Below, piece by piece: positions 19,491 through 28,601 of a stretch of 64,000 nucleotides of DNA (position 1 is the first letter of the stretch; each line of letters starts with the position of its first letter). The translations under genes and the position numbers were made by a program. This DNA comes from Candidatus Cloacimonadota bacterium (lineage in GTDB: Bacteria; Cloacimonadota; Cloacimonadia; Cloacimonadales; TCS61), in contig JAIPIH010000004.1 of the NCBI GenBank assembly GCA_021734835.1, positions 96,674 to 160,673 of the forward strand, given 5' to 3'. The notes below the pieces were generated by a model that made no database searches, was not told the origin of the DNA, and was given only the letters and a program-made list of their open reading frames with translations.

Positions 19491-21110
19491 ATGAAATCAG
19501 AAATGTTAGATATTTTTCCTAAACTGTCAGAAATACCTGATAGTTATCAAATAAAAGGAAAAATCCACCAAAAAAAATATATGATCGATGGTGAAATGAA
19601 AACTTGGAACGGACCAATGGAAGAAGTTTTTTCTCCTATCTGTCTCAAAACATCGGAAGGTTTAGAACAGCCGGTAATTGGTTCATATCCGCTTCTCACA
19701 GAAGGTGAAGCTTTAAGAGCATTGGATTCTGCAAAAAAAGCTTATAATAATGGTAAAGGTGTATGGCCGACTATGAGTGTGACAAAAAGAATAGAGCATG
19801 TTATCAATTTTATCAATAAAATGGTTTCAACCCGTGAAGAAGTTGTTAAATTACTTATGTGGGAGATCGGAAAATCACTGAAGGATTCACAAAAGGAATT
19901 TGATAGGACCATTGAATATATGAAAGACACTATTGATGCCTTAAAAGACACAGATCGAGCTTCTGCAAAATTCGAGATCAGAGAGGATGTGATCGGCCAG
20001 ATCCGCAGAGCACCTTTAGGTATTGTGCTGTGTATGGGACCATACAATTATCCGCTTAATGAAACTTTTGCAACTTTACTACCGGCACTTATCATGGGTA
20101 ATACCGTGATCTTCAAACCACCGAAGCATGGAGTTTTACTACATTCTCCCATTTTAGATGCGTTCCAAACTTCTTTCCCGAAAGGAGTTGTAAACACTGT
20201 TTACGGTGACGGAAAACAAATTATCACACCATTAATGAAATCGGGACTGATTGACGTTCTCGCTTTTATCGGTACCAGCCATGTAGCTGACATTTTAAAA
20301 GGATTACATCCCAAACCTCACAGGTTGAAATGCGTGCTTGGTCTGGAAGCAAAAAATGCCGGCATTATTTTACCTGATGCAGATATTTCTCAAACAGTAA
20401 AAGAATGTATTATGGGAACTCTGTCTTTCAACGGACAGCGGTGTACTGCACTTAAAATAATTTTCGTACATCAAGATATTGCAGAGACATTTATTAATGC
20501 ACTGATTACCGCTTTAGAAGAATTAAAACTGGGAATGCCTTGGTCGGAAAACGTTCAACTTACTCCGTTACCGGAAGCAAATAAAACTAATTTCTTATCC
20601 GACTTAATTAAAAATGCTGTTGAAAATGGCGCTAAAGTTGTGAATAAAGACGGTGGTGAAGCCAATGAAACTTTTTTCTACCCTGCCATACTTTATCCGG
20701 TTACTTCAAAAATGAAAATTTATGAGGTAGAACAATTTGGTCCTTTGATCCCAATTGTCCCTTTCACAGATATAAATACTGCATTAGAATACATTGAAAA
20801 TTCTAATTACGGACAACAGGTAAGCATTTTCGGTAAAGATCCCAAAATTCTTTCAGATTTGATAGATCCTTTAGTCAATCAAGTCTGCCGAGTTAATATA
20901 AATTGCCAATGCCAGAGAGGTCCTGATACATTCCCCTTTACAGGTAGAAAAGATTCAGCAGAAGGTACTCTTTCTGTATCTGATGCCTTACGTGTTTTTT
21001 CAATTAGAACACTTGTTGCCGCTAAAGATAGCGATCTGAATAAGCAGCTATTTTCCACAATAACTCAAGAGAGGATGTCAAACTTCCTTTCTACTGATTT
21101 CATTTTCTAG
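19491..21110 (+). CDS. gapN: NADP-dependent non-phosphorylating glyceraldehyde-3-phosphate dehydrogenase (ALDH superfamily)
   Basis: GPYNYPLNE, LGLEAKN, SFNGQRCTA, EQFGP and QRGPDTFPFTGRKDS. Confidence 0.85.
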   Translation: MKSEMLDIFPKLSEIPDSYQIKGKIHQKKYMIDGEMKTWNGPMEEVFSPICLKTSEGLEQPVIGSYPLLTEGEALRALDSAKKAYNNGKGVWPTMSVTKRIEHVINFINKMVSTREEVVKLLMWEIGKSLKDSQKEFDRTIEYMKDTIDALKDTDRASAKFEIREDVIGQIRRAPLGIVLCMGPYNYPLNETFATLLPALIMGNTVIFKPPKHGVLLHSPILDAFQTSFPKGVVNTVYGDGKQIITPLMKSGLIDVLAFIGTSHVADILKGLHPKPHRLKCVLGLEAKNAGIILPDADISQTVKECIMGTLSFNGQRCTALKIIFVHQDIAETFINALITALEELKLGMPWSENVQLTPLPEANKTNFLSDLIKNAVENGAKVVNKDGGEANETFFYPAILYPVTSKMKIYEVEQFGPLIPIVPFTDINTALEYIENSNYGQQVSIFGKDPKILSDLIDPLVNQVCRVNINCQCQRGPDTFPFTGRKDSAEGTLSVSDALRVFSIRTLVAAKDSDLNKQLFSTITQERMSNFLSTDFIF

Positions 21111-21148
21111 TATTTAGATCTTAGATTAACTCAGAGCGCGTGGGATTA

Positions 21149-23578
21149 TCAAAAACTCAATCTTACACCGACAACATAATTGCGTCCTGCAGCAGGCCAG
21201 TAATAACTAGTTTCGCTCCAGGTATCATAATAACCGGCAGTCTCATATTCTTCATCCAAAATATTATTGATCTTTAAATTCAATTCCAGATCAGATGCAT
21301 TGAAAAGTTTTACTATTTTCAATTTTGCGCCTGCATTCACGGTTTTATAAGGATCGATAGTTCTATTTTCATTTTCAGTGTTATCCAAATATTGTTTTCC
21401 AACGTATCTTACCTGAGTGAACAGATTTATCATTTTATTATTATATATTAATTTTATCATCGAAATGAAATTAGGAAAACCAGCAATAGCATTCCCGGAA
21501 AAATCTACTTCATTTCCCCAATCGTACATGATAAAATCAGCAAAATAGTTTTTACTATAACTCAAACTGCTGAGAAGTTTAAAATTAGCTGGTAGTACAA
21601 GATCCATAGATAGTTCCATTCCCATATGCACTGTACGACTCGCATTTCCGCGGATTGGAATTCCGTCGTCATCAGCACCGCCATAAGGTACTATTTCATC
21701 TTTGAAATTCATCCAGTATAAATTTGTTTTAGCATCCAGAACACCGCCAGAATATCCAATTCCAATTTCATAATCAGTAACTTTTTCAGGTTTCACATAC
21801 GGATCAGTCCAATTTATTTTTTCAATCATTCCATCAATGCTGTAAATTGTATCAGCTGTTGCGAAAAGTGGAGATACGCCAAGATCATCAGGTCCATCCC
21901 AAGTATCATAAAGTTCATCATCAGTTGGTTCTCTCTGAGATACCGATAGATTTCCATAGATATTTAATTTATCATTGATGTTATAGTTAAATCCACATCT
22001 GGGATTGAAAAAATTATAATCAACCTGATAAGCATTAAGATATTCATCCTTAAAATTACCCGATTCTAATTGCTCAAAATTGTAATCAATCCGTTGTAAA
22101 TACAAATTTACCATGATTGAAAGTTTGTTAAATGGATGGTAGATCTCATTAACATACGCAGTTAAATATTTTTTTTCTCCAATATAGTTATAATACTTCT
22201 GACCTTTAGAAAACTCTATTCCCAGAGAATCAGCACCGATTACATCAATGATCTTACCTCTGTGATCACTATCAAATAAACTTAGGTAAGTACCGGCTGT
22301 TAACTTCCCTCCGGAATGCTCTAAATTGTATTGTGAAACTATACCGTAATGATTTTTTGTTACCCATTTCTGTCTGATAATATCTGCTTCTTCTCCAATA
22401 TCTTCTATAGTAAGTCCATGTTCCCAAAGATTTCTGTCTTCTTTGTATTGTTCGTAAAAACCATTACCATAAATGTAAAAAATAGAATTACTGATTTCGG
22501 ATGAATCATTGATATAATAGCTATGATGTAGTTCAAAATGAGGTTGTGAAAAATCATCAACATAATTTTTATATGTATAAGGGTTATGCTGATAGTTTTC
22601 TTCCAGATACCCTTCCGCTGATGCTTCCCAGGCCGCATGAGTAAGCTCATGACCGGTGTAGAAGTTGAATTTAGTGATCGATCTATCACCTAATCTGGTT
22701 AAATTTGTGTAAACAGCCCAAAGTTCCGAGGCAGAGTTATCACGGTAACCACCAGAAGAAATTTTAGAAAATCTAAAATTTGTGCTGTATTTTCCAAATC
22801 TCATGGATGATTTTAATCCTGCTTTGTAAGTATTATAACTTCCTACGGCTGAAAATAATTCAGTTCCCGTCTGTTCTGTGAAAGATATTGTCTGCATATT
22901 CAATGACCCGCCAAAGGTTGAAATTCCATATAATGAACTTCCTACACCTCTTTGAAACTGAATATCTGATAAACTCTCCGCAAAATCAGGCATATTTACA
23001 AAATATACCTGGTGATCTTCCGGATCATTTAAAGGAATTCCGTTTATCATCACACCAATTCGTTTTTGATCGAAACCACGTATTTTGAAATGAGCATTGC
23101 CGATCAAACCACCAGCATCCGAATAGGCAAATACTCCTGGAACATCTTCCATAAGCATAGGAATTTCCTGACCAAAATTTTCCTGTCTGATCATCTCCCT
23201 ATCTAAATTTGTAAATGTTATAGGAGTTTCCCTGTCTTTTGCTTTCGTTACTGATACTTTAACTCCCATTAAATAATGAGGTGCTTTTATTAGTTGTACA
23301 TTAACAACAGATGTATCGAAGGGGTTCAGGCGTATAATTTGTTTCTCATAACCAATCCTTTCAAAAGTGATATCAAAATATGCCGGTTTGATAAAAATCA
23401 ATTTATATACACCATTTTCATTGGAAGTGGTAGAAAGATTAATGCTACTTACATAAATACTAACTTGTTCTATGGGCATTCCTGTCTGTGAATCTGTAAT
23501 TTTCCCTATCAATTGATCAGCTAATAAAACATAATTTAATGCAATGAGAAAGAAAATCATCAATATTGCTTTTTTCAT
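21149..23578 (-). CDS. TonB-dependent receptor, predicted thiamine uptake
   Basis: Signal peptide, N-terminal carboxypeptidase-regulatory-like domain, plug motifs (IRGF...MINGIPLND, RGVGSS.YG), C-terminal F. Preceded by a TPP riboswitch. Confidence 0.88.
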   Translation of the reverse strand: MKKAILMIFFLIALNYVLLADQLIGKITDSQTGMPIEQVSIYVSSINLSTTSNENGVYKLIFIKPAYFDITFERIGYEKQIIRLNPFDTSVVNVQLIKAPHYLMGVKVSVTKAKDRETPITFTNLDREMIRQENFGQEIPMLMEDVPGVFAYSDAGGLIGNAHFKIRGFDQKRIGVMINGIPLNDPEDHQVYFVNMPDFAESLSDIQFQRGVGSSLYGISTFGGSLNMQTISFTEQTGTELFSAVGSYNTYKAGLKSSMRFGKYSTNFRFSKISSGGYRDNSASELWAVYTNLTRLGDRSITKFNFYTGHELTHAAWEASAEGYLEENYQHNPYTYKNYVDDFSQPHFELHHSYYINDSSEISNSIFYIYGNGFYEQYKEDRNLWEHGLTIEDIGEEADIIRQKWVTKNHYGIVSQYNLEHSGGKLTAGTYLSLFDSDHRGKIIDVIGADSLGIEFSKGQKYYNYIGEKKYLTAYVNEIYHPFNKLSIMVNLYLQRIDYNFEQLESGNFKDEYLNAYQVDYNFFNPRCGFNYNINDKLNIYGNLSVSQREPTDDELYDTWDGPDDLGVSPLFATADTIYSIDGMIEKINWTDPYVKPEKVTDYEIGIGYSGGVLDAKTNLYWMNFKDEIVPYGGADDDGIPIRGNASRTVHMGMELSMDLVLPANFKLLSSLSYSKNYFADFIMYDWGNEVDFSGNAIAGFPNFISMIKLIYNNKMINLFTQVRYVGKQYLDNTENENRTIDPYKTVNAGAKLKIVKLFNASDLELNLKINNILDEEYETAGYYDTWSETSYYWPAAGRNYVVGVRLSF

Positions 23579-23591
23579 ATTTACTCCTTAT

Positions 23592-23637
23592 AAAAATAAA
23601 AACCACAATTCAGCAGAAAACCGAACTGTGGTTTTTT
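23592..23637 (-). terminator. Intrinsic terminator, expression platform of the TPP riboswitch
   Basis: Minus strand AAAACCACAGTTC-loop-GAATTGTGGTTTT followed by TATTTTT, lying between the aptamer and the RBS of the receptor gene. Confidence 0.8.
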
Positions 23638-23647
23638 AAATTTATTT

Positions 23648-23727
23648 CAGTTTCCTACGCCGGTATTATCCGGATCAGGTCCAAGGGTATGTTCTCAGCT
23701 TAAAAAATCCTTCAGCACCCCTAAATC
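23648..23727 (-). ncRNA. Canonical TPP riboswitch
   Basis: Minus strand AGGGGTGCT...AGCTGAGAACATACCCTTGGACCTGATCCGGATAATACCGGCGTAGGAAA carries all TPP consensus elements (UGAGA, ACCC, CUGAU, GAUAAU, GCGUAGG). Confidence 0.95.
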
Positions 23728-23875
23728 AATTAAGTAGCTTATTTAATGATCTTATAAGGTTAAAATCTTCATTTAGGTTTTAATGTCAATTGAAAAAACA
23801 CTATTTTAGGATCATAAAATCTTGTTTTAATTAAAAATCATTTGACTTATCAACCTAACAAAGAAAGCTTAATTT

Positions 23876-23960
23876 ATTAACAGGGGGGCTAATTGATGGC
23901 TGAGAAGTGATCTTCACTCAACCCTCAGACTTATCGGATAATGCCGAAATAGGAGTTTTA
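23876..23960 (+). ncRNA. TPP-like riboswitch variant lacking the pyrophosphate-binding consensus; overlaps the RBS
   Basis: AGGGGGGCTA-ATTGA-TGGCTGAGA-AGTGA/TCACT hairpin-CAACCCTCAGACTTATCGGATAATGCCGAAATAGGAG. P2, P3, UGAGA, ACCC and the L5 loop are intact, while J4/5 UGAU and J5/4 GCGU are replaced. Confidence 0.8.
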
Positions 23961-23961
23961 T

Positions 23962-25392
23962 TTGAATTTTGATTTAACAGTTGATTACAGAACAATTCTT
24001 AGTAAATTAGATTGGATAATATTTTTTGGCGTTTTATTATTAACTTTTCTTTCAATAATTTATGGTCAGCACTTAAAAAACAAAAATCCCAAAAATACGA
24101 TCAAGAGTAAAGAACTGGGATTTCTTGAACTATTATTAATGGGAAGACAGCTAACCTTACCATTGTTTGTTGCAACTTTAGTTGCTACGTGGTATGGAGG
24201 TATTTTTGGTGTTACAAAAATTGCTTTTGAGCAGGGAGTATTTAATTTTATTACTCAGGGTGTTTTTTGGTATGTTTCTTATATCATTTTCGCTTTTTTT
24301 ATTACTCATAAAGTTGTAAAGTATAAGGCTGTTACCCTCCCCGATCTAATTGAAAAAATGTTCGGTCCCAGATCAGGAAAGTTAAGTGCAGTTTTTAATT
24401 TTTTCAATGTGCTGCCAATAGCTTATGTCATTAGTTTAGGTCTTCTTATCCAAGCTTTATTTGGAATTTCTTTATTACTCAGTATGATCATTGGAATTAC
24501 AGTAGTGATCATTTATACAGTTTATGGAGGTTTCCGCGCAATTGTTTTTTCTGATATAATTCAATTCTTCGTAATGTGTTTAGGTGTTTTTTTAGTAGTA
24601 GTTTTTTCCTACAAATTATTTGGCGGAATAGGTTTCTTAAAAGCCAATCTTCCTGCGGAGCATTTTACACTTACAGGCGGAGAAGGTCTTGCCGCAACAC
24701 TGGTTTGGGGATTTATAGCTTTATCCACACTAGTCGATCCAAATTTTTATCAACGTGTTTTTGCTGCAAAAAGTGTAAAAGTCGCAAAACGAGGAATTCT
24801 TATTTCTACAATTATTTGGATACTCTTTGATATCTGCACAACCAGTGGAGCGATGTATGCGAGAGCGGTGATACCTGAAGCTGCTTCTGACAAAGCATAT
24901 CTCATCTATGCCCTCCAAATTCTACCCAACGGAGTTCGCGGTTTGGTTTTGGCAGGGATTTTGGCAACGATCCTTTCGACACTTGACTCTTACCTATTCA
25001 TAGCTGGTAACACTGTATCTTTTGATATGATGCCCAGGAAATATCGCGGACAAATTACTATGCATAGATTGGGTATTCTTACTGTTGGCATAATTGCTGT
25101 AGTTATGGGAGTCATCTTCGAAGGAAATATCAAAGAAGTTTGGAAAACTCTGGGAAGCTATTCGACAAGCTGTCTTCTCTTGCCAGTGTTATACGGCTAT
25201 ATTTTCCCTGGCAAAATAAAAGATTGGCAGTTTATATTTGCTAGTGTTTTAGGAATTATTTCTGTTAGTACTTGGCGAAATATAACTTTAGGCGGATTCT
25301 GGAAAAATATTGATGAACTTTATATAGGAATTATCGCGACTTCGTTGGGGCTGATATTTTATGGTTTAGCTGAAAAGATTAAAAATATGTAA
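23962..25392 (+). CDS. Sodium:solute symporter family transporter (ThiV-like, predicted thiamine or precursor uptake)
   Basis: ATWYGG, YGGFRAIVFSDIIQ, DPNFYQR.FAAK and AGILATILSTLDS; TTG start after AGGAG; TPP-like leader. Confidence 0.85.
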   Translation: MNFDLTVDYRTILSKLDWIIFFGVLLLTFLSIIYGQHLKNKNPKNTIKSKELGFLELLLMGRQLTLPLFVATLVATWYGGIFGVTKIAFEQGVFNFITQGVFWYVSYIIFAFFITHKVVKYKAVTLPDLIEKMFGPRSGKLSAVFNFFNVLPIAYVISLGLLIQALFGISLLLSMIIGITVVIIYTVYGGFRAIVFSDIIQFFVMCLGVFLVVVFSYKLFGGIGFLKANLPAEHFTLTGGEGLAATLVWGFIALSTLVDPNFYQRVFAAKSVKVAKRGILISTIIWILFDICTTSGAMYARAVIPEAASDKAYLIYALQILPNGVRGLVLAGILATILSTLDSYLFIAGNTVSFDMMPRKYRGQITMHRLGILTVGIIAVVMGVIFEGNIKEVWKTLGSYSTSCLLLPVLYGYIFPGKIKDWQFIFASVLGIISVSTWRNITLGGFWKNIDELYIGIIATSLGLIFYGLAEKIKNM

Positions 25393-25541
25393 ATATTATA
25401 TCTTTGAGGAGATCTTACAGAGACTTTCGACAACTTGTCTCACCGAAAGCTATTCTATGTAAAAAGTCTGCAACAGAAATAATATTTTCCAAACCTAACA
25501 GAAAGAATTACTCAGAATGACTGTTAACAAAAGGAGGAAAT

Positions 25542-25925
25542 TTGAAAATTGGAAAAATTGTTACTTTAGTTTTGGGAATTGGATTGTTTGTTTATTCTGC
25601 TATTCATTTCGTGCAGGGCATCATTCTTTGGGCAGCCGTAAAACTCATCATAGGAACGGGATTGATAACGATCACATTCATGAAAAACCGCTATGGTCAG
25701 ATCATCTTCGGTCACTTGGCAATCGTGGCTGGTTGTATGTTGGTAACTGCTGGGATTTATTACGTACCAATGATAGCTGAAAGCGTAAAAGCAAATAATG
25801 GACAAATCCCGATCTTGTTAATTTTTGCGATGCCGTTGTTCTGGGGATTTTTCTCCATCTTTGGTGGAATCTGCGCAATTTATCACGGCTTTTGCAGATG
25901 CGTTCGGCATGACTGGAGTGTGTGA
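25542..25925 (+). CDS. Hypothetical membrane protein, about 4 TM helices
   Basis: AAGGAGG RBS with TTG start, hydrophobic segments, stop overlapping the next start. Confidence 0.7.
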   Translation: MKIGKIVTLVLGIGLFVYSAIHFVQGIILWAAVKLIIGTGLITITFMKNRYGQIIFGHLAIVAGCMLVTAGIYYVPMIAESVKANNGQIPILLIFAMPLFWGFFSIFGGICAIYHGFCRCVRHDWSV

Positions 25926-26749
25926 TGAATAAGTTTACTGCAGATTTTTTAAAAACAAAAAAAGTAATCGGTATGATCCATGTTAACGCGCTTCCGGGTA
26001 CACCAAACAATAAATATTCGATTTCAAGTATAATTGTAAAAGCAATTCAGGAAGCTGAATTGTATGAGGCTTGTGGTTTAGATGCTGTCATATTGGAAAA
26101 TATGCATGATGTACCCTATCTGAATCGAGAAGTTGGTCCTGAGATCACTGCTGCCATGACTGCAATTACTACTAGAGTTAAATCAAAAGTTTCAATACCT
26201 TGCGGAGTTCAGATATTGGCTGGAGCCAATTTGGAAGCGCTGGCTGTTGCAAACGCATCAGAATGTGACTTTATTCGGGTTGAAGGTTTTGTATATTCTC
26301 ACATTGCCGATGAGGGATTAATGAATGCCTGTGCCGGAGAACTTATGAGGGTCAGAAAATATATTGATGCAGAGAACGTAGCAGTTTTTGCAGATATTAA
26401 AAAGAAGCATTCTTCACATTCCATTACAGGCGATCTCGATCTCCGGGATTTTGCGGATGCTTGTCATTTCTTTCAGGCTGATAGTGTCATTGTTTCAGGG
26501 TCATCTACTGCTAAGGAAGCAAATTTAGAAGAGCTTCAAGATTTATGGAAAACAACAAAACTACCAGTTTTAATAGGATCAGGTATCACTGCTGAGAATA
26601 TTAGTAAATACTGGGATTTTGCTAATGGTTTTATTATTGGTTCTTACTTTAAAAAAGGTGGAAAATGGCAGAATACGGTTTTAGAAGAAAATGTAGTGAA
26701 TCTAATGAACAAAATTAAATCTTTAAGGTCATTAAACATTGATTGTTAA
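25922..26749 (+). CDS. BtpA/SgcQ family TIM-barrel protein
   Basis: IGMIH..ALPGTP, ENMHDVPY, FIRVEGF, ADIKKKHS and PVLIGSG. Confidence 0.9.
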   Translation: MMNKFTADFLKTKKVIGMIHVNALPGTPNNKYSISSIIVKAIQEAELYEACGLDAVILENMHDVPYLNREVGPEITAAMTAITTRVKSKVSIPCGVQILAGANLEALAVANASECDFIRVEGFVYSHIADEGLMNACAGELMRVRKYIDAENVAVFADIKKKHSSHSITGDLDLRDFADACHFFQADSVIVSGSSTAKEANLEELQDLWKTTKLPVLIGSGITAENISKYWDFANGFIIGSYFKKGGKWQNTVLEENVVNLMNKIKSLRSLNIDC

Positions 26750-27220
26750 TTTAATCCCTATCGCCACTAACAGAGTTAACATCAGAGAAAATACCAGATA
26801 GGCCAAATTTGATAAAATCCTAATCCCGGTCGTAAATTTCTTAGTATTAAAGCCGATTTTTTCCATAAAAAGCATAATAATTGCTAAAAATACAAACCAT
26901 ACTGTTCCTAAGGGAAAATGATTTTTAAATGCGAACAACCAACAGAATGGCCACCAAAAAAGCAGATCGTGCAGAAGAAAACCAGAAACAGCAAAAGTAG
27001 CTACAACCCGAAAGGTTCTGGGGACTTTCTTGGACAGAGGTTTGTAGAAATAAAAAAGCATATAATACCCAAAAACAGGATTCCAATAATTCCAGAATTC
27101 TCTAACTGATTTTGCTTTAAATGCTTTGATGAACATTGATCTGATAATTTTAAAATAAGGACCGCGACCTAATCGCAATTGGATGTAGTGTTTAAGTGTT
27201 TTATTCGATTTCAATATCAT
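26732..27220 (-). CDS. Small membrane protein with an MBOAT-like acyltransferase motif
   Basis: S.REFWNYWNP motif, and F.VSG.LHD with a conserved His in a hydrophobic context. Confidence 0.6.
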   Translation of the reverse strand: MILKSNKTLKHYIQLRLGRGPYFKIIRSMFIKAFKAKSVREFWNYWNPVFGYYMLFYFYKPLSKKVPRTFRVVATFAVSGFLLHDLLFWWPFCWLFAFKNHFPLGTVWFVFLAIIMLFMEKIGFNTKKFTTGIRILSNLAYLVFSLMLTLLVAIGIKLTINV

Positions 27221-27283
27221 CTCATCATTTTTTTTGATATGTTTTTTTTATAACTCGAATTGTCAATTTTTTTTCTTGTACAT

Positions 27284-27310
27284 AAAAAACGCTAACCGCA
27301 GTTAGCGTTT
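27284..27310 (-). terminator. Intrinsic terminator of the tRNA operon
   Basis: AAACGCTAAC-TGCG-GTTAGCGTTT with a T-run on the minus strand, right after tRNA-Leu. Confidence 0.85.
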
Positions 27311-27314
27311 AATG

Positions 27315-27401
27315 TGGTACCAGAGGCCGGACTTGAACCGGCACGATCCGAAGATCGAGGGATTTTAAGTCCCTTGTGTCTACCAATTCCACCACTCCGG
27401 C
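27315..27401 (-). tRNA. tRNA-Leu (TAA)
   Basis: GCCGGAGTGGTGGAATTGGTAGACACAAGGGACTTAAAATCCC...GGTTCAAGTCC...ACCA; long variable arm; CCA encoded. Confidence 0.97.
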
Positions 27402-27422
27402 AGGAATTAATAATTACCCAAA

Positions 27423-27496
27423 TGGAGGCGACACCCGGATTCGAACCGGGGATAAAGATTTTGCAGACCTTTGCCTTACCACTTGGCGATGTCGCC
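27423..27496 (-). tRNA. tRNA-Cys (GCA)
   Basis: GGCGACATCGCCAAGTGGTAAGGCAAAGGTCTGCAAAATCTTT...GGTTCGAATCC...TCCA. Confidence 0.97.
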
Positions 27497-27506
27497 TTAT
27501 ATAAAA

Positions 27507-27581
<75 letters not shown>

Positions 27582-27596
27582 TCATTATCTCAAAGC

Positions 27597-27625
27597 AAAA
27601 TCCGGATATATAGTTTTCTTGTCAA
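27597..27625 (-). promoter_or_regulatory. Probable sigma70-type promoter of the tRNA operon
   Basis: TTGACA-17 nt-GATTTT on the minus strand, ending 15 nt before tRNA-Gly. Confidence 0.55.
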
Positions 27626-27626
27626 A

Positions 27627-28445
27627 TCATTTATAAATGCAACTGGAAAAATAGCCAACAACTTGCTCATAATCTCCACTTACATCTCCGGAATTTCGAT
27701 AATCCAATACTGCAGAATTGCTATAATTGAGTAGTTTTGCAATATTCATTAATGTTAAAATACCGCCCATGCCGCAAGCTTCGATCTCACGATGTTCATA
27801 ATTCTTTTCCATCCCAGCAACATCTAATTTCTCAAACAACTCAACTAATTTAGTATCCATCATTTTCGCAATTTTACTGGTATAATAATGGCTCAGATCT
27901 GTACTAATAACAAATTTTGTTTGATCTATTTTATCCTTAAAGAATTCAGCTAAGATATGAGCTAACTTTTTACTGTTTTCCTTTGATTGTGTTCCCAGTA
28001 ATATGGGAACGATCTTAACCTCTGGTTTCACTATCTGTAAAAAAGGTAATTGGACTTCCAGCGAGTGCTCAATATTGTGAGCGTAGTTATGTGATTTCAA
28101 TCCATACTTCCCCTTCAGCTCTTTTACAATATTTGTTGCAATATCCACACTTCCTAATGGCGTTAAATACTTTTCGTAATTCCCGATAGAGAAATCGAAA
28201 TCGGCAAATCTATGGCTGGGAGCGATTATTACAGTATACTTAAAATTCTCATCCTTGAGAGTTTTGAAACTGAAAGCAGCACACTGCCCGGAGTAAACAT
28301 ACCCTGCATGCGGTGCTACAACGCCTAATAATTCACCTGATATCTTTCTTAACTCAACATTTTCCAAAAAATCATTGATCTGGGTTTTTAAGACCTTGCC
28401 GTCTCCTGGGTAAAAACTACCTGCAACTACCGGATTCCTGATCAT
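27627..28445 (-). CDS. AmmeMemoRadiSam system protein B (MEMO1 family)
   Basis: R.PVVAGSFYP, PHAGYVYSG, EHSLEVQLPFLQ, STDLSHY, ACG and VVGY. Confidence 0.92.
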   Translation of the reverse strand: MIRNPVVAGSFYPGDGKVLKTQINDFLENVELRKISGELLGVVAPHAGYVYSGQCAAFSFKTLKDENFKYTVIIAPSHRFADFDFSIGNYEKYLTPLGSVDIATNIVKELKGKYGLKSHNYAHNIEHSLEVQLPFLQIVKPEVKIVPILLGTQSKENSKKLAHILAEFFKDKIDQTKFVISTDLSHYYTSKIAKMMDTKLVELFEKLDVAGMEKNYEHREIEACGMGGILTLMNIAKLLNYSNSAVLDYRNSGDVSGDYEQVVGYFSSCIYK

Positions 28446-28601
28446 AGTACCACCTTATTAATAAATGTAAAAATTAACAACTATCGCTCCTATCAATTAA
28501 CAAAATTACACTTTATAATTATCATGACAACAAATAAATTGACAAATGTAAAGATTTTAAGAAGAAACTTCAGCAGGCAAACCTTTAATTTGTGAGGGAA
28601 T

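Noticed and set aside
25410-25475. Possible structured RNA after the symporter (GAGAC...GTCTC, CAGAGACTTT...AAAAGTCTG)
   Set aside because: Short, mutually exclusive stems with no recognisable motif; not distinguishable from chance.
25517-26010. Alternative ORFs 25517..25780(+), 25566..25805(-) and 25702..26010(-)
   Set aside because: They overlap 25542..25925, which has a strong RBS, TM helices and coupling to the next gene.
18486-27315. Possible island integrated at the 3' end of tRNA-Leu
   Set aside because: No integrase, no duplicated tRNA end seen, and a normal terminator follows the tRNA.
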